From assembly GCA_047495785.1 (NCBI GenBank), contig JBLDXI010000033.1:1798001-1862000 (forward strand): a stretch of DNA of 64,000 nt. Reading direction: 5' to 3'. Of this stretch, positions 1-10,100 are shown in pieces. Positions within the stretch are counted from its first letter, which is position 1, and the number at the start of each line of letters is the position of its first letter. The DNA comes from Lepidodermella squamata (lineage: Eukaryota > Animalia > Gastrotricha). A program made the translations under genes and the position numbers. Under the pieces are notes generated by a model. It saw only the letters and a list, made by a program, of their open reading frames with translations. It had not been told where the DNA came from and ran no database searches.

Positions 1-382
1 GACAACGAGCCTAGAAGAAGTGCAAGTGCGTTTTAAACTAAGTTGAAATAACATGAAACTCACTTTGGCCAGGCTCGAAGGAAAATTCCAACACAGGAAT
101 ATCGATTCGGGCCGTTGGCGATCGAATAACTTCTCTATCTAGATCGGTTTTAGACTCGACTTTGAGCTCGTATCGAACACCGCGTTCCGCTATTTCAGTC
201 GCAGGCATGATATCTCGATTGGTAAAGCCGCACTCATCACAATTAAACGATGAGACCACAATTTGCTTGAAATGGGGAATCTTCGTGGGTAGCAGCTTTG
301 TCACGCCATTTTTCAAGCAACGCATACAGAGACTTTCGATCTCTGTTATTTCTTCAACATTTGCTGAGAGTGAGGGAAACAT
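1..382 (-). CDS. ZPR1: Zinc finger protein ZPR1, 5' part; continues beyond the left edge of the window
   Basis: EITEIESLCMRCLKNGVTKLLPTKIPHFKQIVVSSFNCDECGFTNRDI...GVRYELKV...DLDREVIRS matches the first ZPR1 C4 zinc finger and A domain. ATG at 382; short intron at about 11-64. Confidence 0.92.
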
Positions 383-870
383 TTCAAAGCTTAGCGACAA
401 AACCCTATAGATCAGAGAGCAGAGATGTAACAATTTAAACTGATGTTATCAAACGATATTCATAAGATTCACAAGACCATTTTTCGAAGATATCAATTCA
501 CATTTTCTTCTAGCTTTGGCTGCTACATGGCTAGAGACGTGAAAGTAAATGGCGACCTCATTGTTAGCGAAACAACTGACAACTGACAAAATATTCCGTA
601 AATGGTCCGAAATTTCATCAGTAGATGTAATTTCGAAACTGTTCTCAGACAACATTCGGAGATGCGATTTCTTGACCTAATGTACTCATTTATCTAATGT
701 ACTAGCCATTCCTGAATTTCATTGTAAGATTTCAAGCGAATTCACTAAAACTAAGAGCAGACGAACCAAATGATGACCTAACCAAAATATCCCTGTAGGA
801 GGTCATTCTGGAAGGATCGAGAAGGTTTTAATCTTCCCCGATTCACGATTTCTTTTTCTTTCAAAAAGGT

Positions 871-910
871 GCGCGCCAAAAAGCGGCAAAAGCGCACACG
901 TGGTCACGTG
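871..910. promoter_or_regulatory. Divergent ZPR1/TMEM8 promoter motifs: E2F-like GCGCGCCAAA and two tandem CACGTG E-boxes
   Basis: gcgcgccaaa at 871-880 and cacgtg-gt-cacgtg at 897-910, between head-to-head genes. Confidence 0.4.
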
Positions 911-1734
911 GTTTTTTGTAAGTAATGCACTGAATCAATTGATTAAAGTTTAACAGATTTTTCAGAATAAATTTGAATTACTATCAATAGCAAAAAGTTG
1001 CCGATATTAAGTGCATCTCTTTCGAGTTTTGAGGGACGTCGGACTTCGGCGGACCTGCGCGGGGTTGCGCTGGCTGTGATCGAGACTCAACTCTCAACTG
1101 CAAGTGTGACGTGTGAGCTGTTGAATTTTGAATTGCATGATATTTTCGGTTCGCTGATTCCGAATATCAGGCTTCTAAAGTCGAGCCACGTGAAGAATTA
1201 TGTGTTTGTTGTTCACCTGCAAATGAGGCCACAACTCAGCTCTCCGTTAACTATGAGCCAAACTGGAACCCTGAGTGAATCCCTTGATACGGTTCTCACC
1301 TTATAGCTTTCGGCAGAGTGAATTAATCTGTTCGTGCGGTGTCGCAAGGGCGTCTTTGGCGTGCAAAGAGCAAAGAAGCAATAAACCTTTAAATATCTTA
1401 AGTTTTGAGCTCCTTGGTTTTCTCCGGATGTTTCCGGTTTTCTCAACAAGGGGTGTGAAGTTTGTCTCTAATTTTGACGTTCTCCGGGCCCATTTTTTCA
1501 TAAATTGAATGTGTTTAGGTAGTATGTTGTATCCTCTGTCCCGGCTTTACGTTTTATTACATCTCACCAATTCGTAACTCGCTATGACCTAAAAATCCAG
1601 CTAACATGTCTTTTTATTCTTGTTTTATTGTGTCTAGGCCCTACAGATGGCTTGTTTTTATGTGATATAACGCCATGAGACCGTGGTGTAAATTAATGTC
1701 GAAGACAATAGTATAGCAGATAATTGACATCTTG

Positions 1735-4700
1735 ATGGCTTTGGAACCTGCTAAATGCTGTGCCTGGCTGCTGATTGTTAACACGATCCTGTTGATATCT
1801 TGCGGTAAGAACTGCCATTTTTGTACGGGCTTTCAATTAAACTTCTATTTACTCCTAGCTGATGGCGTATCTGTTTACTCGTATTTTACGGCCGTCAAGT
1901 TGAGTTACTTCAAGAGTTATGGCAACGTACAGCTTATCAGTTTCGACGTGCCATGTGACACTTGGTATCTCACTGTGTTTTTACAACCGGGCAAAACAGC
2001 TGTTGACTGTCCGGATAAAACGGTTTACAGCATGTTATCGCCGTATGGTTACCCGTTGATCGATTTCACCGAATTTCCCAAAGGCTTTTTAACTGGGCCA
2101 CAAATGATGACGCAAATATCTTTCAATATGTCAACGGCTGTTTTCGAGCTGAGGAGTGAAATTTTGAAGCCAAGATGTGGACCCTGGCATTTGGGCCTAG
2201 TCTTGCGGGATAGCGTGGATGAGTCAGTTATTACAAACAAAGATCTCAAGAAGAACTGCTATTACTTCGCCGGAGGTGGCTTCACTTCAGAGCTAATCCC
2301 TGAAGTTAGGGCACTCGACGTATTCTCATCCAATGAGATCAACATCGATCCAAAAGCACAATCACCCTATCCTTCTATTGATGATCTTAAGCTTGTCGGA
2401 TTCTATAAATTTCGACCGCCAACTCGTGTCCTTGCTCAGTTTTCACTGCGAATAGTCAGCTGCGAAGTCAACGTAACAGGAAATTGGACTTCTTTAGACT
2501 CGAAATGTCCGATTGACATTGCATCTCGGGTTTCGGCGCCGCCTAGTCTGCATTCATTCAGCGACAACGTTTTTACGTCTTGTCGATATGCCAATTTATC
2601 GGACTGCGTTCTCCCGCTGTGGCCTATTTGGCCCACTGATTCTTACTCGTGGTATTACCTCGGAATTTGGGCTAACGAGTCTGAATCTAAAATTCGACTT
2701 CAGGTCGAATTTGATTACATGATGTGTGACTACATGGAATCTGCCATTCCTAAACACCCATTGGCTAATTTTATCTTGGGCCAAGAGAACGCAAATTCCC
2801 AAATCGCGAATGGACATCTAGTCGACGGTGCTTTACCGGATGATGAAATGGAGCGGAGTTTTGATAACGAAACCGAGTCATTTAATTCGACTCGCGCCTC
2901 TTTCAATGTGACTTCAACACCAACGTCCGTGGCTGTTGAGAAGACAGTCATCCCTTCACAATGCCTGGCTTCGCCTGAAATGACGCGACTTATGATCGTT
3001 ACGTCTAACCTTTACACGCCAATTTATTTCATGTCTGACTCGACGGGTTTATCAGGAAATCGAATGTCTCTCTACAGTGATCAGCTCATTATTGTACCAC
3101 TCAAGGTGGATTCGAAATTCGATAACGGCGGAACTATGCGACTACGCGTTTTTCTTGACAACAACAAAAGTAGTCAAGATTTGGAGCTGAAATTCTGTTT
3201 CCAATGGCGACATGTTCCGTTATTTAAAGACACGCGGCCTCAGATTAAATCACCGTGTCCTTTCGGTTATTTGCAAACCCTTGCTACCCGAAATACCTCT
3301 CAATCTAGTGATACAGTCGCCGTGCCTTATCCTAAATCCGGCACGTGGTTTTTAGCTCTTTACGCCCGATGTCTCGCCGGCATGAATTGCACGGCTAGGC
3401 AAATCTACGTCAGTTTTGAACTGTATTCAGCGCGATGCGACAATTCACCGCCGAATCAGTGTGGCGAATTTGGCGATTGCACTGAGTATGCGACGCTTTC
3501 CGGCCGTGTTTCTGCCTGTTCCTGCAATGGCGGCTATCGGGGCTATGCGTGTACAGATGCGAGAAATGCGATTCCGGATGCTTATCAACGGACCATGTTT
3601 GTCACATGGTCTAATTTAGCTTTCCTACCGGCTATTTTCTGCGCATTGAATTGGGGCCATTTCGTACCGGCTGCCGTCTATTTCTACAACATGTTTTTTT
3701 CATCGGTAGGTTTTTTTTCACAAGTGTTAAGGTGGACGTTGAATAATCCTATTTTTTCACAGTTTTATCATCTCTGCGATGCTGATCTCTACAGTTGGTG
3801 CATGACAAAGTCTGATGCACTTCAATTCGCCGATTTTCTTGCTTCAGTCGCTTCTTTCTGGACAACGCTGGTTACAATGGCAACGATCGGCCACCACGCC
3901 CGTTTATTTGCTCATGTTGTCGGCTTGCTTTTGATTTCATTCGCTACTAGTCTCGATCGATTCAGCTTATTCACCTTTATCGTGCCTTTCCTCGTCTCCG
4001 TCATTATAATGGCAACGTCTTGGGTACGAAATTTCGAAAAAATCTATTTGTTTGTTTAAAATTATTTTTTGTTTTTCAGATTTTTCGATCTTGTCGTTAT
4101 AGGCGTGTTTACCCACCGAGGGTAGACCTAATTCGGCTTATTCCTGGCGTGATTTTAGTCCTAGTGGCTTTGATAGTCTACACTTTCCTGGAGACTGAAA
4201 GTAACTACGAATACACACATGGCTCCTGGCATATTTTGATAATGCTCGCTACGTGTTTCCTGTTACCTCGACCGATAAGTGCCAACTCATGTTTCCCATC
4301 TAAACAATGCATCCTCTTCTCTAATCGACACAAAAATTGCCTGGGTGACGATCCTAATCCGGTTTTATTCCCGCTTATTGACCGCCGGTTTTGGAGAATG
4401 GCGAGGAAGAAGGCGTTTTGGATGTCCCACATCAATTCTTGTTGCGATATGCCGCCTGCTGAAAGTGATTCTGAAATTGCATGTAATAGTAACAAAAATA
4501 GTAATAACGACGGGGAGGAAAAAGACGATTTCGCTCATGGTGGTCAGCTCGGCCACGAATTGCGGGTCTCGCCGAGTTCTAGCCCTGTTCAAGATGCAGC
4601 TAACCCTAATAACTCAGTAGTTTTACCGTACGCGAGTGGCGTTGCTGAGGGTTTCAACTCTTCGACATCTTCGATGAGCGGTCTGCTGTCTGCGTCGAAG

Positions 4701-4853
4701 CGCGGCGCCGGCGTCGCGATTTTAAGCAGCCCTGGTGAGGTACTGGCTAGGACTAGCGGCGGCAGCGATTCGCCGGTCAGCAATGACTTCAACACGATTG
4801 ATGAAACGGCGCCTGCTGCAGGACACGACTCAACACCATACGCTAGATTATGA
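1735..4853 (+). CDS. TMEM8: TMEM8/PGAP6-family protein (signal peptide, EGF-like domain, multi-pass membrane domain)
   Basis: PYPKSGTWFL, the EGF-like CGEFGDC...CSCNGGYRGYAC, TWSNLAFLPA, FYHLCD, LQFADF and NYEYTHGSWH. Introns at about 1805-1858, 3706-3762 and 4024-4079 join ORFs 1732-4059 and 4020-4853. Confidence 0.88.
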
Positions 4854-6111
4854 GTAACCATAGCATGGAAAATTGCTGTCAAAAAACTGGAAATTATTTT
4901 CACATTGAATGAGCAAGTTTCCGGCAAAACTTTTGATTCGAGTGTTTACTTCGGCGAAAAAAACAAGTTTTCCATGCGATTGCTTTTATTGAATTCTATA
5001 CCTATATGAAAACGCAAGCAATGTGTTGTGCTTTGTTGTTGTTTTTCTACCCTCATCCTTCAAATGCACCTTTTTTCCGTATATTTTTCTTCGAAAATAA
5101 TTTATTAAAACTGCAACTTCGATTTTTGATAGCCGCGGAATTTCTTTTGTTGTGTATCTAAATAAAACGGTTTCTTTGTTTATATATACAAAAAACTCAG
5201 TAGAGAAGTAACCTTATTGCTATTATTTTTCGCACCAGTGGTTTTTAATAATCGATGGAGTATTTTGTGCCTGAATTGTTGCATACACGCTTGAAACTGA
5301 GCTGTAGTCATTCTCCGATTCCTATATTATAGCGATGAAAATAATTGTAGCGTAAATCGGAACTCTTTCATTCATTCATGAAAATGGACTAGACTGGAAC
5401 GAGTGTATAGTTTTAGCTATTCCGAGCCGGCTGGTCTATAGCGCACTCCTGACTGCGATTCTGGCGCTTTTCTACATACCAGAAATTTTCGTATAATATA
5501 ACCTATTATTCTTTTTTTGATTAAACTATACAGAGTTATTTTATCATTATTTGAGGTAATAAATATGTGTAAATATTTCAGAATATCGAGCGATAATATT
5601 TCTTAATAAAAAGCTATTTGATCAATTATTTGTCGTGGATTTTTTTCAATAATTATATTGCACGCAAGATCGGCGCATCTGCGGGCGGTGTTTTAGCTAC
5701 AACATCATGATTTAATGGCGAAAAAGCGAGCCAGCAATAATGGATGGATATGTACGTATGCAGATGGAGCGATGATAAACACGATTTTCCTGTCTGCGGG
5801 GATCGCTGCGCGTTATCGTTTTGTATTGCTCCGCCCTCACGTTCGTGCAAAACGATGCGGGTAACGTTTCATCGAGCACCCGAAAATTACCAGAATTTTA
5901 CCCGGTTGCAAGAAAACAAAATTGACCGGAAACACAAGTGAAAAGTGGGGTTCGGCGAAATTTTGGACATCGTGAGATTTTTATGCCACTTTCAAGACCA
6001 ATTAACGAGGAGTCAAACGATACTATCAATAAGAGGTTGATATTCATCAGGGTTGCAGAGAAAATAGGCTTCTAAGTTTACGAGCGAAAAATGCTAATTT
6101 TAAAAGATGCG

Positions 6112-6373
6112 CCTGAGGTGCGTTTTTTATTAAAACCGTGGTGCTATTGTTCAGCGCTGTGATCAATTTTTCGGTGAGATTCGCAACAGAGAAATCACAA
6201 TCGGCACGTCTATCATGAACTGAACGGCTCGAATTGCGGTCAAGGCCGGTCAGAAAAGACAAATCCCCGCGCGGATTAAGAACATTTGGCCGCCTCTGTT
6301 GCGAATCTCACCGAAACATTGATCACAGCGCTGAACAATAGCACCACGGTTTTAATAAAAAACGCACCTCAGG
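6112..6373. mobile_element. MITE-like inverted-repeat element (80-bp arms)
   Basis: 6112-6191 is the reverse complement of 6294-6373 with one mismatch; about 100-nt spacer; no clear TSD. Confidence 0.7.
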
Positions 6374-7140
6374 GAATAAATTCTGACATCTAGGATCTAC
6401 TACAGAGTCGATATTTTTTAGTGTAATCTGTGGTGAGGAATTTCGCTTGATAATTTGAAGGTTCAAGCTGGACCAGCAGCAAGCAACAAGCACTTCAAGC
6501 AAAAAACCTATTGCTAATGATAGGGTATTTTTTGCTTGAAGTGCTTGTTCTTCCGCGCCACGAACGTGGTGTCTCTTATGACAACCGGAATCAATAACAC
6601 TTTTCAAGACTGCTCTGGGGTTGTCCGTGTTTTGAAGGAGGATGCGAGCGTCCTAGAAATCTGAAATTTGAAATTTTGAAATCATCAAGAAAAACTGAGT
6701 AATGACATCTAGGAATCCAAGAATCGTCCTAATTCGAGTAAACACTTTTTGCGATTTGCCGGAAAATACAGAAAATTCGCAAACCCCATATTTCACTTGT
6801 TACCGGTCAATTGTTATTCATCGAATAAAGGCACCGTATCGAAAACTGGGTTATGCCCGGCATTCAAACTCAATTTTGAGGATAATGCCTTCCAGCATAA
6901 AAAAATCAATTTGATTATAACATAAGCGATGTTAATTTGCGGAAGTGCCGCTAAATTTTATCGGTAAAAATTAAATCAAGAAAACTTATAATAATAGTCC
7001 ATGGATTAAAAGCAGCTTTATCAACTAGGCGCTGACATATGGCAAAAGTTGATTGACGATGATAAGAATTCACGTGGGAAACATCAATGGAGCTGCATTT
7101 GTTTTTATGTGAAAATACTTTTTACTATTTTTTTTAAGAA

Positions 7141-10100
7141 ATGGCAACCCGGCGTGTCTCTTTTGCTAGTGGAGTCAGTTACTCGCAACCACCGTCATGC
7201 GCCACTAGTTTTTCAGTCACCGGAACCAGCCACCCTGTCACCTCATCGACAACCACCTTAATTCACAATTTAGGCGGCATGTGCCTCCGCGACTACCAAT
7301 TAGCCCTTCAACAGTCGATCAACGAGTTGAAATCGCGAGAGCAACAGGTGAATCAGCTGTACAGCTGTTTACTCGACCGTGAAGAGACGATAACTAGGTT
7401 AAATCGCGAAATCGATTCGTGGAAGCTACAGCTAGCTGAGCTGAAACACAAATTGGATACAAATTGGCCAGAATCAGCAGCCGCTCATCATACGCGAAAA
7501 AAATCGACCCTGATTTTGATGCACAAAATCGCAGGCGAGTTGCATCAAATGGTACCGGCGAAGAACCAAAAGGCCCCGGCCGTTCGCACGGATTCGAATC
7601 TGTTGCTAACGAGAACACGCCGAGACCGCCTACGCGCAGCTCTGGCGAAAAACGACCTTTTAGGCCGATTGGACCCGGAACAATCGGATGGCTTGATTGA
7701 AAAAATGACGGAACTATGCGTGTTGCCAGGTCACGTAATTATTCACGAGGGCGAGCCGGGTAGTCAGATTTTCGTGATGGAGGATGGCGAGGTTGATATT
7801 CATCGCGATGGCCAGTTTTTGTGCCGACTTCTGGCGCCGATGGTGTTCGGAGAATTAGCTGTGATTTACAATGCGCCGCGGTCGGCCACAGTTACGGCGT
7901 CTACCCACTGCCGGCTGTGGACGATTGAAAATCGAACTTTCCATAAATGCATGATGCGCATACGCCATCGGACAACGAATAAAATAGCGATGGAACTGCG
8001 CCATATCAGCATCTTTTCTTCGCTATCAAAATCGACACTAACAGCTCTGGTCGACTCGGGGGAAGAGGTATTTCAAATTTCAAATTTATTTAAAAAACGA
8101 TACGAGTGTAAATAAGAGACTAAATAGTAGATGAAGACCTGAGACTGGGATAAGAAAAAATGATCGCTGCCAGTAGGATTTGAACCTACGCGCGGAGACC
8201 GCATCTGATTTCAAGTCAGACCCCTTAACCACTCGGGCATAGCAGCTTTCATATTTTGTGATGACAATAGATGCAATATGTAATAAATCCCTCACAGTTC
8301 CTGTCTTAGCTAATGAATTCAACGACCATCCTCCTAACAAGCTTTTTCAACCGATTAATCAACTTAGGAGGGATTTGTTTTTTATTTCAAGCCCCATTGA
8401 TGGGTTAAGCCGACTGCCAGAAGTACTGCAATACTGGGCTGACTCGTGGGCAGAGACCAACAAGCTGGAGACGCCTGCCCTTGCAACCAAAATTCAGGCT
8501 AATTTCGAAGCCCCCACATAGAGGGCGTTGCAGATATTAAACTACAAAGAACAGATACTACACTTTGACACGCTCCGAATTTTTATCGACCGTACTTATT
8601 TTTATTGACCGAACTTTGATCTTAGCCAGCAAGGCCGAGAAGCGATAACCAAAAACTGATTTAAGGCGTTCATATTGATGTTTTCATCTGAATATTTCAG
8701 CAAATTCAAGAAATGAAAAATTATTAGAAAAATGCAAAAACATGTGCGTCAGCCGGGAGTCGAACCCGGATCGGCTGCTTGGAAGGCAACCATGCTGACC
8801 GTTACACCACTGACGCTGACTCACAGTCCTTGGGGTCGTATTCAACAATGAGGTCTCCACTTAAACGCAGCTCATCGTGCTATTCTTAGTGGTTTTAACT
8901 TCGCGTTCAACCAACTACAACAACAGTACAGTTGGAAATTTAAGCGTTAATTTATTCAGACTTTCGCCAATATATTATCAAGGAGAATTAGATAAACAGG
9001 AATCCGTAGAAAATGATGTTTTTAGTATCGAATCTTTACTCAGCAGCAGCGCCGGTTTCAACGGCAACCGAGTAGGAGAAGTTGTTGGAGGCCGAGTAGC
9101 TGCCGCTCTTGTGGCCCTTGCGACCCTTGCCGTGCTTGCCGCCCTTCTTGCCACCAAACTTCTTGCCGCCGAACTTCTTGCCACCGAATTTCTTGCCACC
9201 CTTCTTGTTGTAGCCGCCGAAAGAGCCCGACTGCGAGTACGAGCCGGACATGGATCCGCGCTTGTGCACGCGCATGAACTTCTTGGTGGAGACCTTACGG
9301 GTGTGCTTGTTCGTGCGGGCCGACACCGAAGCGGACACGGACTTGGAGAACGAGGCACGGCGGTGCTTGCGCCCAGCGGCGAACGCCTTCTTAGACGGGC
9401 GCTTCTTCATCGCGTGCTTCTTCGGCTGACGGTTGTACGACACGCTGATGGAGACGCTCTTTGAGACGCTCTTCGAAACACTTTTGCCCTTGTTTCCGCG
9501 GCCAGCCTCGGCTTCGGAGAAAGCTAAAATTAAGAATCCGAGTTTAGATTATTGGACCAAACAATGCTTTTAAAGATTTACCGAGGGCCAAGAGAACGAC
9601 AGCAGCGAAAGCAAAAACAGCGCGCATCTTTTTGGTTTGAATTGAGAAAAAGAGAGAAATAGATAGTTCGAAGAGAACTTGGTTGTTGCGTTTTCTCCAA
9701 ATTCCATCGAGATTATATACTGAGAGAAGCATTTTTGAAGCGCAGCATGTTTACAAACCAGCTCGTAGTTGATAGTTAACTGCTAATTGTCATCCCCATT
9801 ACAAAGTCGCGTGATTTCTATACCAAATCTGATTTTAATTATGGTCATCTTGATATAATCTGAATTTATGGCGTTTCTATTTTTTAGCTGCACTTCAGCC
9901 AGGGTTCACATGTCTCAATCGCACCTGGGACGTTGTACCTGCTAACTGAAGGCGAGTTAACATCAACATCGTCACTTTGTTCATGCGGCGACCAAGACGG
10001 TCATCTGTCCGTGCCGAAACAGCGGAATTGCCACCGAAAAGCTATAAACATAAAAGCAACAGCTTGTTTCTTCACAAATTTGTCAGATATTCTCATCACA

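Noticed and set aside
8165-8246. tRNA-Sec or opal suppressor
   Set aside because: The anticodon on the coding strand is UGA, which reads the Ser codon UCA; it is not UCA. The arms are standard tRNA-Ser.
9036-9443. Histone H1 or protamine annotation for the basic ORFs
   Set aside because: There is no globular winged-helix domain, and a spliced signal-peptide exon is conserved in both copies.
8877-9464. 195-aa hydrophobic plus-strand ORF (also 45877-46266)
   Set aside because: Antisense shadow of the Lys-rich secreted gene, which has the signal peptide, intron and TATA element.
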